A stretch of DNA of 64,000 nucleotides. Origin: Chiloscyllium plagiosum (lineage: Eukaryota). Under the pieces are notes generated by a model. It worked only from the letters and a program-made list of their open reading frames with translations, searched no databases and had not been told where the DNA came from. The stretch is from the NCBI RefSeq assembly GCF_004010195.1, contig NC_057718.1, positions 89,279,645 through 89,343,644 on the forward strand. The letters are read 5' to 3'. Of the stretch, positions 11,992-25,660 are shown one piece after another. Numbering within the stretch: position 1 is the first letter of the stretch; each line of letters starts with the position of its first letter. The position numbers and the translations under genes were made by a program.

Positions 11992-13134
11992 TGGCTTTCG
12001 AGACCATTTTAGAGGGCAATTAGGGATGGCCAGCAAATACAGGCCTTGCCAGTGACATCCTATGAAATAAAGAAGAGAAACTGGGAGGGAGAACACGGCT
12101 TGAGGGGCTGAAAAGCCTAATCTTGGCCTAACTCTTTAAATGCAACTCTTCCCATTATTTTTACAAAAAAACAACATATTAATCCAATATAACGTCTGGA
12201 GATGGGTGCTATCAGTTGCCGTGAACATTACAGATTTGATCTAACTTCGCATTCAACTTGACGAGAATTAAATCCTTGTCCTTTTTGCGCCAACGCATAG
12301 CACCAGTTCGTAGGCAGTAGAGGGGTTTGTTGAAATCTCCTCGGACCACTTTCACTTGTCCCATTCATGCCAGAAACAACAGGAGTAATTCCATGAAATG
12401 ACACACATGCTGGACTGTGCAGCCTGGAACTGGTCCCTTCACCTCCTCCCAGCTGTTCACCCATTGAGAGAAAACCGCCCTGCCGTCTTCATAACATCAT
12501 CAACCAGCACAGCCAAAGAATAACATTAACTGTTACCTCTGTGTGGTGACACTGTGGGATAACAACACAGTTGGGTCAGTCTACTGGACAGTGCCAATCA
12601 GCATCACTCAAACCAGAGAGCTTGATATTATCAGAGGAGCTTGCTGTGTGACCCATGGTAAAACTAGGCCTAGTTGGGCCTGGGGAGGCTCTAGAAACCA
12701 TCAGGCCATGAAACCTTAAGTGCTAAGTTCTTCCTTTTCGAGCAGTTCATCTTGGTGAGGGGGTTAAAAAACAACAGTGCGCTTCTGGGAAAAGGTTGAC
12801 CAGTGAGAAGCAGCAACTTCAGAGCGAGCACAAGAGTTCTAGGTCAATCAGGATGACCAAAAAAAGAGCACTCCGTTAATGAAGATGGAGGTTCGCTGTG
12901 GTCTGGTACAGTCACACGCCACTAATGTTAGCTTTCTCCATAGCATGACTCAAGGAGAGGGGTCTAACACAGAGTCACAGGCCAAACCAGGTAAAGACAG
13001 CAGGTTACCTTCCCATTGGTGAACTGGTTGATCTTTTATGAAGCTCCTTAGTCAAGTTTGCTGATAAGAACTGACATCAACGGTTTTCTTGAGAACATGA
13101 CTCTCTGTGGAGGCTGAGAGAGGTCTTCTCCTCG

Positions 13135-13635
13135 TAGGAGGAAGCGAGGACTGCAGATGTTGGAGAGTCAGAGATGAAAAGTGTGGCGCTGGAAAAGCAT
13201 AGTGGGTGAGGCAGCATCGAGGAACTGGAGAGTCAACATTTCGAGCAAAAGCCCCTCATCAGGAATGTGGATGGGGGTAGGAGGATGTGGGCAAGGCGGC
13301 TGGGAAGGTGATAGGTGGATGCAGGAGGGGGGTTAATGGTGACAGGTTGGAGGGGAGGGTTGAGCAGTGTGGCGGGAATGAAGATGGACAGGTAGGGCGG
13401 TGCCGAGTTGGAGGGTTGGACCTGGGATGAGGTAGGGGGAGGGGAAATTTAGAAACTGGTGAAGCTGATGTTGATGCCGTGTGTTTGAAGGGCCCCAAAG
13501 TGGAAGATGAGGTGTCCTTTCTCCAGTCATTGGGTGGCTTGGATTTGGCAAGAGAGAAGGCCCAGGACTTTCATGTCCTTGGGTGGGTGGAGGGGGAGTT
13601 GAAGTGGTCAGCCACAGGGCAGTGGGGTTGTTCAT
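13135..13635 (-). mobile_element. Penelope-like element 3' end: GIY-YIG C-terminus, 3' UTR and family-A terminal repeat with hammerhead-like core
   Basis: Minus strand reads PVADHFNSP...LGLL...LE..HLIF.FGALQTHGINISFTSF, then attcctgatgaggggcttttgctcgaaatgtt. Ties family A to a PLE. Confidence 0.75.
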
Positions 13636-13679
13636 TATAACCAAGGCAATGCACAGCCCAACTGCTGATTCAGGGAAAT

Positions 13680-14173
13680 GCATCAGAATACAGCTGATAT
13701 TATCAAACTGGAGAGGGTTCAGAAGAGATTTACCAGGATGTTGCCAGAAACGGAGGGTTTGAGTTTTTTAAGGCATGCTGGGACTTTTTTCACTGGAGCG
13801 AGGAGGTGGAGAGGTGACCTTACAGGAATTTATAAAATCGTGAGAGGCATAGATAAGGTGAATGGCAGGTTTCTTTTTCGCAGGGTGGGGATTTCAACAG
13901 GAGGGGACATATTTTTAAGGTGAGAGGAGAAAGATTTTAAAAAGACATAAGGGACATTTCTTGTTACATAGGAGTGGTTCATGTGTGGAATGAACCTCCA
14001 GGCAAAGTGGTGGATGCAAATACAGTTATATTTAAAAGATATTTGGGTAAGTTCATGAATAAGGAATGTTTGGAGGGATACGGATGAAGCACAGGCAGGT
14101 GGGACTAGTTTGGTTTGGGATTATGGTCAGCATGGGCTGGTTGGACCGAAGGGTCTACATCTGCGCTGTATGA
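13680..14173 (+). mobile_element. CR1-type LINE 3' fragment
   Basis: DIIKLERVQKRFTRMLP peptide and CR1 3' UTR ttggaccgaagggtct..gctgtatga. Confidence 0.9.
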
Positions 14174-14375
14174 TGTGGGGGTGTTAGTGTTGGACGGGGG
14201 TGGACAAAGTCAGAAGTCACATGACACTAGGTTATGGTCCAACAGGTTTATCTGAAATCACAAGCTTTTGGAGTGCTGCCCCTTCACCGGGTCCCCTATG
14301 ATTACTGGTGAAAGTTTGTGATTTCAAATTAACCAGTTGGACCACAACCTTTTGTTGCGTGACTTCTGACTTTGT
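14174..14375. mobile_element. Penelope-derived palindromic short element (family C) with TSD gctgtatga
   Basis: Inverted arms caaagtcagaagtcac / gtgacttctgactttg; direct repeat at 14165-14173 and 14376-14384. Confidence 0.65.
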
Positions 14376-16738
14376 GCTGTATGACTCTACGACTCTCTGT
14401 CCCTCACCCTGATGGGCAGCCTCCTACAGGTTCCCCAGCCCGCCCGCTATTCTTCACTGGACAACAGGCATGTCTCTGACCACCCTGGCGCCAAGGTGTT
14501 CGCAATTGATATAGGGTGACTGTGTCTCAGTAGGGTGCAGAATTGGTCCTTACACTCAATCCAAGCTTCGGGTTTCCCAGCCCACGATGGGAAAATATTG
14601 CCCAGTTTCTAGTCAAGTGTTTGAACAGTTCAACCAATCTGTGTCAAATCGGCGAGGCCAGCAGCTGACACCAAAGGCATTCCACATTTCATTCAGGAGG
14701 GGACAGATGTGCAGTCCAACACACAGAGTCCTTTATAACCACATGTAAGGGGGGCTTTCAAAATGGCAGGAGCAGCTGTTCAAGAACCTGACAACTGTTC
14801 CATTACAGCGCAGAAAGAGATTACCAACTGATTCTCATGTTTACAAAGAAAATTTCAATGATTTCGCCAAAGAGTTCAGTTCCAGCAAGTCAAGGCCCAA
14901 GAATGGAAATCTGTTGCCAAAACTGTGCCCTTTCCTTTAATGGTGGAATCATCAGATCTCCCAAAGCCGTTGTCAACTGTCCTGCTCCACTGGTGTCAGT
15001 TCTTATCAGCAAACTTCACTATGAAGTGGTCAGATTGTCATAAAAGATTAACTAGTGCACCAAGGTCTAATGAGAAGGTAACCTGCTGTCTTTACCTGGT
15101 TTGGCCTGTGACTCCATGGTCCTTGCATCTGTGCGTCAGACCCCTCATGAGTCATGTCAATGGAGAAAACTAACCTTATAAGATCAGCCAGTGCTGGCTC
15201 AGTTGATACACAGAAGCACTGGGAGTGGGATTTGAACACACAAGTTTTAACTCAGAGGTGAAAGTGAAGCTGAAATTGATACAGAGGGAAAACTGCCAGC
15301 GTACATCAAATGTGTGGGATTGGTCATCTTCTGCTGGCCACTCCTGCCTTGAAGTTGAGCTGGACAAATTACTTTCATTGATTTTCTCCAACATCACAGC
15401 ACTGAGAATTAATGCTTGCTTCCTTGACAGAGCAGAGAAAGGAGATACAAACATAGAAATGAGGGGCCTCTCAATCCGATGACAATCGATTTGCACCTCA
15501 ATTCTATGTCGCAGCACCGCACTATTCATCAGTCCTGGATTCATATCCCCTGATGCCTTTAACCAACAAAATATTCAAAGCTCCAACTGACCCCACTTTA
15601 TCAACCACCTGCAGAAGCAGTGAGACCCAGTCCACTGCTGTTCTATCAGAAGAAAGTGCTTCCAGACTCCACTCCTGAATGGCTCGGTCCTCATTGTTTA
15701 AATTATAAAGGCACAGTTTGGTACCACAGAGTCCATTTCGCCCATCACTCACATGCTGGCTCTATGAAAGAACTTTCCGGTCAGTTCCACTCCCCTGCTC
15801 TTTCCCCACAGGCCCACAAGCTTCCCCTCTTCAAATATGGATCCAATTGCCTTTTGAAAGCTATTACTGAATCTGCTTCCATCACCATTTCATACGTACT
15901 GCACTCCAGATCCAAACATGCCCTCACGGTTGTTCCCCTCTTGTTGTCTCTGGTCTTTTATCGACCACTTTTCTTTTTCCTATTGAGTCATAAATTTATG
16001 TTATTCCATTAAAGGTAATATGGTAGCCCCTTGTGAATATACTTGGTGACTGACCACCAGAGCAACCAAACAACCAAAGTAGAACTTATGGTCTATCAAG
16101 CCAGTGTAACTTCCAGATCTCCCAGTATTACCACCAGCTGGGAATACAGCAGTGTTTAAGTCCCCAGTTATTGACCCATTTCCCAGTGGGAATAGTTTCC
16201 TCTTAGTTAAGCTGGAAGAAGACAGGTTTCTCCAAGCTTTACACCTGGCACTCATCAGGATCAGCTGCCAAAACCATCAAGTTCGGGGACAACAGTGTAC
16301 TGCCTCGCCCTTTACTGTGGTGTTTCACGTGAATCGTCCTGATGAACACAAGGCAAAACGTTTCATCACAGTGCGCCTTTTCTCAGCAATGCTCCTGTTC
16401 CACACAACCAAGTTCGATTTCTCCTTATTAACTCAATCAAAACCTTTCAGGACTTTGAGAAAGCCCATTGATATTCGCACCTTGACCTTCTCCAGTTTGA
16501 ACTCTAGTTCTTCACCCTGGTTACCGTTCTGGTTACTCATCTTTGCGCCTTCCTTTAAGATCCCTTTAGCCTGGATATCGGCACCAAAAACATTATCGCC
16601 TTGTATCTAATCTCTCAAAACTTTGAACACCTCACTTAGATCACCATGTGATCTCCCACACTCCCAGAGATACATGTCACTAAGTTTTGCACAGTCAGAA
16701 AGGAGGTCATACCCAGAGTATGACATAGCCAGAGTGAG

Positions 16739-16881
16739 TACAGGGAAATCTTAATTATCCGACATTTGATTTTCCGAATATCAGATTATCCGGCAAGATC
16801 GCACATCCTGGTGCTTGGCTAAACTATGTTATCCGGCATTCGATTATCTGAACAAAATATTCCCCGCCTGTGTCCAACAGA
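16739..16881. mobile_element. Tc1/mariner (Tigger-like) MITE, degenerate
   Basis: TA-flanked, imperfect terminal inverted repeats, internal repeated attatccg motifs. Confidence 0.55.
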
Positions 16882-17710
16882 TCGTCAAGGGTCCTCCGTA
16901 TACAGTTCAGGGAATTTGTTGACAGCATGAGAATTCAGTGCAGAAGGGAAGAGATCCTTTTTTGCTTGTTTTTTTTTGGCTCATGGTTTGTAAGTTTTTT
17001 TTTGTAAACAGGATAAATCAAAGCCTAGGATCAGGAGCCCAGCGCAAAACAGCAACATCAAAGATTCACTGGTTGGTAAGAGCTACTAATTAGACTGTTA
17101 GAGATTCCTTTCAGATTGAAGGTAAATAGCAAATATAATCACAGGCTACAAACTAAAAGACCGGCAGGAAATTTTGATGAACTAAGTAAATAAAATAGAG
17201 ATGCCAGGCCAGGCAATGTGTTGTAAGTGCATGCTGAAGGAGCTAGTAGATAGAGCCCATTGGGGTTCATTGGTAGCAAGTGCTGGTTGCTTGAGGAATT
17301 CCGGCTCAGATTTGATGAACTGGACTCTGAACTTCAAATGTTGCAGCACATCAGAGAGGGGGAGAGTTACCTGGATGCTGTGTTTCAGACATTCACACCC
17401 CTTACATTAACTCCCTCGAATTCGGTCAGTAGTCAGGGGACAGGTAGAGGAATCCAGGAGGTAGAGCCAAAGGAGCCTCAGTCCTTGAACTTGTCCAACA
17501 GGTTTGAGAATTTTGCTTCTTGTGTGGATGAGTGTGGGGGCAGTATGGAGGATGAGCAAACTGACCATAGCATCATGGCACATGGAACCATTCAAGAGGG
17601 GGGAGAAAAGAGAAATGCAGCTATGGTTGGGGATAGTATATTCAGGGGAATGGACATTATTCTCTGTAGCCAGGATCAAGCGTCCCAAAGGCTGTGTTGC
17701 CTCATGGTGG

Positions 17711-17793
17711 AGAGTGTGGTGCTGGAAAAGCACAGCAGGTCAGGCAGCATCCGAGGAGCAGGAGAATCGACGTTTTGGGCATAAGCCCTTCAT
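17711..17793 (-). mobile_element. Penelope-derived short element (family A) inserted in CR1 ORF1
   Basis: Reverse complement of the family-A repeat; interrupts the esterase reading. Confidence 0.75.
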
Positions 17794-18365
17794 TGGCTTA
17801 TGGTGTCCAGGTTCAGGATCTCTCATCTGGTGAGTTTGGGATGGCAGGGGAAAGATCCACTTGGCGTGGTCCACGTGGGTACCGATGATATAAGTAGGAA
17901 GAGGAAAGACACTCTGCTGAGGGAATAGGTAGGGGCTAGGGGCTAAATTAAGAACAAAACCAAATACGTAACAGTCTCTGGATTCCGACACAAGCAAACT
18001 GGCATGAGGTCAACCAGATTAACGAAGTAAATACATGGCTCAAAGAATGATGTGGGAGAAATGGGCTTGAATCCATGGGATGTTGGTGGCAGTACTGGGG
18101 TAGGTGGGAGCTGTTCTGAGGGGACAGGACTCTCCTCAATCAGGCTCGCACCAGAGTGCTGGCTAGTCACACAACCCAGGCTATGGATAGGGCTTTAAAC
18201 TAAATGGTGGGGGAATGCATTCAGTTGCATGGAAAATGTTGGGGGTGGTGGGGGGTGGGAGGGAACGAGAGGCTCAGCAGAGGTTATTAAAGTTTCCAGA
18301 ACAAGTAATAGGACAGGGAGTATGGAAAGGGTCATGAATCTAACTTCAGGCCGGGCAGATAAGGG

Positions 18366-18562
18366 TCAGGAGTGTGGTGCTGGAAAAGCACAGCAGGTCA
18401 GGCAGCATCCGAGGAGCAGGAGATTTGACATTCCTGATGAAGGGCTTATGCCCATAACGCCGATTCCCCTGCTCCTTGGATGCTGCCTGACCTGCTGTGC
18501 TTTTCCAGCGCCACACTCTTTGACTCTGACCTCCAGCATCTGCAGTCCTCAATTTCTCCCAG
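18366..18562. mobile_element. Palindromic family-A element with 13 bp TSD gggcagataaggg
   Basis: Inverted copies around attcctgatgaagggcttatgccc; direct repeat at 18353-18365 and 18563-18575. Confidence 0.8.
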
Positions 18563-19232
18563 GGGCAGATAAGGGGATGACTATGTGAAGTGGGGTGGGC
18601 AGTCACTGCAAGTCTGAGGGCTTTGTAGTGATATGCTGGCAAGATCCGAAACTAGGTAAATGAGCTTGTAGCACAGATGGGAATCGGCAGGTGCAATGCG
18701 GTGGGTATCACAGACATGACTGCAAGGGGGTCAGCGCGGGGAACGAAATATCCAAGGATACATGTTTTATCGAAAAGACAGGCAGATGGGCAGAGGGGTG
18801 GGGGTTCGGGAGGCACGTTTGCTGTGTTAGTCAGAAACAAAATTAAGGTGTAGATTCTGTTTGGGTGGAGTTGAGGAACCGCAAAGGAAAAATGGTCCAA
18901 ATGGGAAGTGTGTAAAGGGCGCCAACAACAATAATCAGGATGTGGGCAAGAAAATAAATCAGGAGATAAATAAGGCCTGTAAGAAGGGCCCTTTTACAGT
19001 AATCATGGGGAATATGAAGGTGGAGTGGGAAAATCAGGTTGGTAACGGATCTCAAGTCAAGGAATTTGTGGAATGTCCACAACATGGTTTTGTTTTGGAG
19101 CAGCTTGTGGTAGAGCCCACCAGGGAACGGGTAATTCTGTAATGAGGCAGACCCGTTAGGGAGCGCAGGGGGCAGTGACCATAACATGATAGAACTGACC
19201 TCCAGTTTGAGAGGGTGGAGCTGTATTCAGAT

Positions 19233-19544
19233 ATTAGATTAGATTACTTACAATGTGGAAACAGGCCCTTCGGCCCAACAAGTCCACACCGACCCACCGA
19301 AGCGCAACCCACCCAGACCCATACTCTTACATTTACCCCTTCACCTAACACGACGGGCAATTTAGCAAGGCCAATTCACCTAACCTGCACATTTTTGGAT
19401 TGTGGGAGGAAACTGGAGCACACGGAGGAAACCCACGCAGATGCGGGGAGAATGTGCAAACTCCATACAGAGAGTCACCTGAGGCAGGAATTGAACCTGG
19501 GTCTCTGGTGCTGTGAGGCAGCAGTGCTAACCACCGTGCCGCCC
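19233..19544 (-). mobile_element. HE1-type SINE
   Basis: Reverse complement of the 55820 copy, with (taatc)n tail. Confidence 0.9.
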
Positions 19545-20401
19545 ATATAATGGTATTCCAACTGAGTGAGGGTTACTGCAGGGACACAAAGGAGGAGTTG
19601 GAAGGGAACCCCAGCTGGGAAGGTGTTGGCAATGGCAGGGTTATCTGGGGGTAACTGACCTAATTAGCAATGAAGAATCAACCATACTGCTGTGGGATTC
19701 ACATGCCGACCAGACCAGGTAAGGATGGCAGGTTTAGTTCCCCTGAAGGACATTAATGAACCAGATCAGTTTTTACAAAAATCAAGAACAGTTTTATGGT
19801 CTTCATGATTTTGGATTTAGTAAACTTAAATTAAGAGCCTTTGGTGGCGCAGTGGTAATGTCCACATCCCTAGATCAGGTAGTCCATGTTCAAGGCCCAC
19901 TCGCTCCAGAGATGTGTATTATATTGATCAGAAAACTGAGCTAAATAAAATAATTCAACTTAAATTCCTCTATCTATCAATATGAGATTTGTTTGCAGGT
20001 CCACAAAGCATCACCTGGCTCTCAGGATTCCTAGTCCAGTGACAATGCCATGAGGGCTTTGCCTCCCCAGAGGTTTTGCCCCTAACTCTTCTTGCTGATG
20101 TCACATGCCCTCATGACATAACCTTTCCTAACCCTGTGATTCTCTCCAGCTGTTAGTCACTTTAAAAAATAAACTGGTTAGGACTTCCTCAGCAAAAGCT
20201 CAAGGCAAAGAAGAAAGGAGCAGATCTGGCGCAGCATTAACGCCTTTCATAAAGGGAATAAGACTTTAATGTGAAATAAAACAACCTTCAATATTCAACA
20301 TGACTGCTGTGTCGATGGAGGATTAGCTCTGTCAGTACCGATTGGTCTAATTGTCACTTTACATGTCATTTACCTGATACCACAACAGATCCATCTCTTA
20401 C

Positions 20402-20568
20402 CTGGCCCCAATCAGGTCCAGCAGATGCTGCCAGCGATCGTCGGCCTTGCCCAGTTTGTATTCGATCTCGGAAGCTTTACTCTCGTGACTGGCTCGCATC
20501 AGCCTCTGGCCCATTTGCTGCAGCTGCATTTTGTTCTCGCTTGCTGCTGTTATCTCCTCCTGATAGTC
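20402..20568 (-). CDS. SYNE1: Nesprin-1 coding exon DYQEEITAAS...WQHLLDLIGA(R)
   Basis: ccacAG acceptor, AG|GTAAGA donor, 167 bp, phase 0/2. Contains ASHESKASEIEYKLGK. Confidence 0.95.
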
Positions 20569-20974
20569 CTGTGGACCACGTGGGAGAGGCCTGTTAGCGG
20601 ACTGTACTACCACATGCACTGAGGTAACTAACCCAAGCAACTGCAACACCTGCATAACCATATACAACCTGGAAGCACAAGGTGATCAGATACATGAGAA
20701 CACCAGCACTTGTAAACCCCCCTTCAAGGCACACACCATCCTCATTTGGAACTCTATCATCGTTCCTTCACTCGAGAAGGTCTAGATTCTGGGACTCCCT
20801 CCTCAGCAGCACTGTGTGTGTACCTACACTACATAAACTGCAGTAGTTCACTACTCACTTCTCACGGGTAATTAGAGATGAAATGTTAAATGCTGGCCAA
20901 TGCAAAGCCCCACTTCTCATTATTTCAAAAATGCTTCATACTTAACATTGCTTGGAGGACTTCAATTTTGAAGG

Positions 20975-22004
20975 ATTGTGGGTAAAGGAATTGTTTTTCA
21001 GTTTCGTGGACATAGCTGAAGTGGTTTCTTTAAAAGAGCTCATCGTAGGTTCACTGTGTAATTTTATTTTAAAATAAGGCTTCCTTGAAATCACGTGATT
21101 GGTAAAAAGTGCTTGTTTGACTGAAGATTTGAGGCTGTTGTTTTCAACAGTGGCTGGCTTGGACAGACTATTACTGTAGCTGGTTGAGTTTGAAAGCAGA
21201 GTTTGATAAAAGCCTGCTCAGAACAGGCTGAATTTGAGGACAGCCTGCTCAGGATAGGCTCGTTGGATGAAAGCTTGCTACGAACAAGGTGAGTTGGAGG
21301 AAAGTCCACTAAGAACAAGCTGAGTTGGAGGAAACCCTGCTATGAACAAGCTGCTCAGCTGATCTCTTCCAGTTATGTGAAGAAAACATTTAAATTACTT
21401 CTGAATAAAACGATTGGTCTTTTGAAACGGTGACTGAAAGAACACTTCAAGATTATGCTTCGAGCAAGCTTTATCTACGAGACTTCAGAGACAACCATGC
21501 ACAATTAGTGACTTGAAAACACATGCCAAACCATCAGAGACACAGACTCTGAACTATTTTACATTTATCCTTTAGCCTTCGAAAACAACCCATTGGCCAA
21601 AGCTCTTTTTTCTCAGAGAGCTAGTACCTGGAGAGGAATCGGTTCTGTTTCTTTCTCCTTTGCTTTGTTCAGGAGCCGGGGAAGGGGGGGGCGGATTGTG
21701 TATGGTATGTGTCTGTGTGCACGTGTGTTGGTAGGAGTCACAGGGAATCGTATTTACACTTCATTTGACAGACTGTGTATGCTAACCAAATATTATATCT
21801 GTATTGATCAAGTTTTGTTTTGGTAATAAACTCATTACTGTGCTTGTTAAGAAGCCTGGTTGAAAGATCTTTTTGTTTATAACTTGATATCGTTACTGGT
21901 TTAATCGGTCATCTTGCTAACTAACCGGCAAAGTTATTTTTATTTTATGTTGTGGAGTAGAGGGACTAGAGCAACAGTATACTCCTTTAATCTCAGTCAT
22001 AACA
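20975..22004 (+). mobile_element. Possible degraded solo LTR; left boundary uncertain
   Basis: Ends ...tcagtcataaca, aataaa at ~21825, internal direct repeats tgagttggaggaaa. No clear TG start or TSD. Confidence 0.35.
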
Positions 22005-22334
22005 CTGTACGTATGACTGTATGACTTTAAGATCCTCTGAGTGCCTCTTGTGTGAGGCAGGGCCAGCTCGCAAAGCGAGGAGAGCATACTGGAGAAACTC
22101 AGCAGGTCTGGCAGCATTTGCCAGACAAAATAAAAACGAAGAATTTGCCTTGGCACAGAAAGGCATTCATCTTCAAATTGCCTAGGTCTGAAGAACGGTC
22201 ACGCTGCACTCGAATCAGTAACTCTGTTTGTTTCCCCACAAATACTGCCAGACCTGCTGAGTTTCTCCAGCATGCTCTCCTTGCTTTGGGGGCTGGCCTT
22301 GCCCCACACAAGAGGCACTCGCAGGATCTCAGAG

Positions 22335-23290
22335 TCATACAGTCACACAGCACAGAATCAGACCCTTCAGTCCAACTCGTCCATGCTGACCAAATTTCCC
22401 AAACTCAACCAGTCCCATTTGCCTGCGTTTGGCCCATCTCCCTTCAAACCTTTCCTATTCATGTACATTTCCAAATACCTTTTAAATGTTCTAACTCTAC
22501 CTGCATCTACCACTCCCACACGAACCATCTTCTGTGTGAAAACATTGCCTCTCAAGTTGCTTTGAAATCTTTTTCCTCTCACGTTAAAAATACGCCCCCT
22601 AGCTTTGAACTCTCCCACCCCAGGGAAAAGACCTTTACTATTCACCTTGCTTATGCCCCTCATGATTTTATAAATCTTTTGTAAGGTGACTCCTCAACCT
22701 CCTACACAGCAGTGAAAACATTTGCGGCCTATCCAGCCTCTCCTTATTACGCAAACCCTCCAGTTTCGTTAACACCCTTGCAATTGTGTTTTCATATCCT
22801 CTCCCAATTTAATAATATCCTTCCTACAGCAGGGCGACCAGAACTGGACACAGTACTCCAAAGGTGGTCTCACCAATGCAAATACAACTGTATAATGAGC
22901 TCCCAACTCCATTACTTAATGGTCTGAGCAACGATGGCCAGCATGCCAAAGATCTTCTTAAACACCCTGTCTACATGTGGCAAAACTTCCAAAGAATTAT
23001 GTACCTGAACCCCATGGTTTCTCAGTTTGGCAACACTACCTAGGGCCCTAACATTAACTGTATAAGTCCTGTCGTTGTTTGTTTTACCAAAATGTAATAC
23101 CTCACTTTTAGCCAAAGTAAAATCCATCTGCCATTTCTCGGCCCACTAGCCCAATTAATCAAGATCCTTTTACATTCTTAGATAACTTTCTTCATTGTCC
23201 ACTATACCATCAATTTTAGTGTCATCCACAACCTAACCATGGCTCCAACATTCTCACCGAAATAGTTGAAATAAATGACAAACAACACTC
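22335..23290 (-). mobile_element. CR1-type LINE 3' fragment
   Basis: Minus-strand RT-region peptides (KSEVLHFGKTN, RGNVFTQKMV) and CR1 tail. Confidence 0.88.
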
Positions 23291-24397
23291 CCTGACATGT
23301 GACCTTATAGAGTGATAACTTATGCTTCATCGATCTACTCGATACCCACTTGGCTGGTCTCAATGGGATAAAACGCTGGCTGGATCGATAGGGGGAGCTG
23401 GTGACCCACTCCACCAGGTTTGTATGGGGCTGGCAGGGGGGACATAGATGAAAATGCCACCCCCCCAAATGGAGGCAGCTTCGATACCTCTGGGAGATGT
23501 TCTCTGAAGTCATGGCTCTGTCAGCTACACATGTAGAATCCAATGTGTAACAGTCTCCCATTCTTGTCTTGGGGCTGAGGGGGAGAAAGGGCGGAAGACA
23601 GAGAATAAGAGGAATCACGCTGCCTATTCCATGGAACCTCCATAAGATCATAGGAATAGGGTAAGGCCATTCAGCCCCTCAAGCCTGTTCCACTATTTAA
23701 TGAGGTCAAGACTGGCCTGTGGCCTAACTCCATTGAACTGCCTTTGACCCATATTCCTTAATACAATTGTTAATTTTAAATCTGAGATGGATAAGTTTTT
23801 GTTAAGCAATTAATTTAGCAACAACTGTTATTTGTGGTAGAGGGTTCTCTGTACCTTTGTGTGTTTCTAACATCTCTTCTGAACAGTATGGCCCGAATTG
23901 TCAGACTATGTCCTTGGGTTCTAGAATCCCCAATCAGTAGGAAAAGCTTATCTTGATTTATCCTGTCCTGTCTTTTCCTGTTCATATCTTGAAGTATTCG
24001 ATCAGATCATCCTTTAACCTTCTAAAGAGAACAGGCCTAACTTGTATAATCTCCCCTCGTAACTTAGCCTCTGAAGTCAAGGTATCATACTTGTTACATT
24101 CCCTCTAGGCCAATATGTCCTTCCTAAGGTGTGGTGCCCACAATTATCCAAATTGGGGCTTAATCAGGATTTTGTACACCTGAGCCTGGGCTTTAATTTT
24201 ATGCTCTTTGCTCTCCCCACAAATAAATATCAAAGCGCATCCCTGTTGAGAAAGCCATCAGGCAGACTACTGATTTTGTTCATAAGTGAGGGACTAATTT
24301 ACTGAACCCCGAAGTTCTTTGACAAGAGGCTCCAACAACACATCATTTTAGTGTATTCCACACCTTGGACTCATGCAGGCCTTCCTTAGCCAACCAT

Positions 24398-24650
24398 GGG
24401 TGGCTCAGCTGTTAGCACTGCTGCTTCATAGCGCCAGGGACCTGGGTTCAATTCCAGCCTCAGGCGAGTGTCTGTGTGGAGTTTGTATATTCTCCCCGCG
24501 TCTGCGTGGGTCCAAAGATGTGCAAGTTAGGTGGATTGGCCATGCTAAATTGCCTATAGTGTCCAGGGATGTGCAGGTTTGAGGGATGGGAGGTCAGTGT
24601 GAGCTTGATGGGGCTGAATGGCCTGCTACTACACTGTTGAGATTCCATGA
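24398..24650 (+). mobile_element. HE1-type SINE
   Basis: tggctcagctgttagcactg...ggttcaattcc head and conserved body. Confidence 0.85.
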
Positions 24651-24710
24651 TAAAGATCCATTTTACAATTAGCAGCTGATTTAGACTGTTACTCAATTTG
24701 GACAAATCTC

Positions 24711-24911
24711 AGAAATGGCCGGGAAAACTCAGCAGGTCTGGCAGGCATCTGGGAAGAGAAAGCAAAGTTAACGTTTCAGGTCCAACTTCAGAACTCTTCT
24801 GAAGAAAGGTCACTGAACCTGAAACGTGAACTTTGCTTTCTCTGCACAGACCTGCTGAGTTTTCCCTGTTTTGGTTTCTGATTTCCAGCATTCACAGTTG
24901 TTGGGTTTTTT
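24711..24911. mobile_element. Palindromic Penelope-derived element (family B) with TSD gacaaatctc
   Basis: Inverted aaactcagcaggtctg / cagacctgctgagttt arms, core ctgaaga-a-aggt..acct-gaaacg, direct repeat at 24701-24710 and 24918-24927. Confidence 0.7.
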
Positions 24912-25092
24912 AATTCAGACAAATCTCTACGACTTAATGCGGTAATCTCTTTACGTTTTGAAAAAAAATCTGAAGACCCAGACAGGGAATTACCCATCTA
25001 CACCTTCAAAGGAAACGCGGGGTTAGTGTATTTAAACAATGGGAATGAATAACCACTGGTGAAATCACCTCGGGTGGCGTTTCAGAATTTAC

Positions 25093-25251
25093 CTTCTTCA
25101 GTTTCTCGATCATCTCCTCGATGCTGATGTCTCCATTCTGTGATACCTTGCTTTCCATCAGGGTCAGCCATTCACACAGCTCCTTGTTCTTCTCGTTGAA
25201 CAGCACCCACTCGTTCAATTTCTCGGTGACCAGCTGTCGGCGTAATGAGAC
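25093..25251 (-). CDS. SYNE1: Nesprin-1 coding exon VSLRRQLVTEKLNEW...EMIEKLKK
   Basis: tccccAG acceptor, AAG|GTAAAT donor, 159 bp, phase 0/0. Contains KNKELCEWLT.MESKVSQNGDI. Confidence 0.95.
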
Positions 25252-25660
25252 CTGGGGACGTACAACAGCCAGAGAGGATCACATCTGAGCTGGTTACACA
25301 AAGAAACCAACACACAGAAATGCACATGAAATATTAATGGGCCGCGATATCATTCCGCTGACGGGACACAACATGACTCGGAACCTGCTGACCAACATTC
25401 CCCCATCGAGAAACAGAAACTAACCACGCCACTGAATCAAGACTTCAACTCCGTCCCGGTAGCATGCCAGTTAGCCATCTGCCCAGTTTCTTGCAGAAAC
25501 CCAACAGGTCAGGAGGAGGGTACACAGACTATCCACAAGGAACAGGTCAGGTCAGGAGGAGGGTACACACACTATCACAAGGTACAGGTCAGGTCAGGAG
25601 GAGGGTACACACACTATCCTCAAGGTACAGGTCAGGTCAGGAGGAGGGTACACAGACTAT

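Larger units (their letters stand above)
17000..19215 (+). mobile_element. Degraded CR1 LINE 5' half: ORF1 (Zn-finger/coiled coil + SGNH esterase) and start of ORF2 endonuclease
   Basis: SKCWLLEEFRLRFDELDSEL..IREGESYLD, VGDSIFRG...RLCCL, and later FTVIMGN...QLVVEPTRE. Frameshifted and interrupted. Confidence 0.8.
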
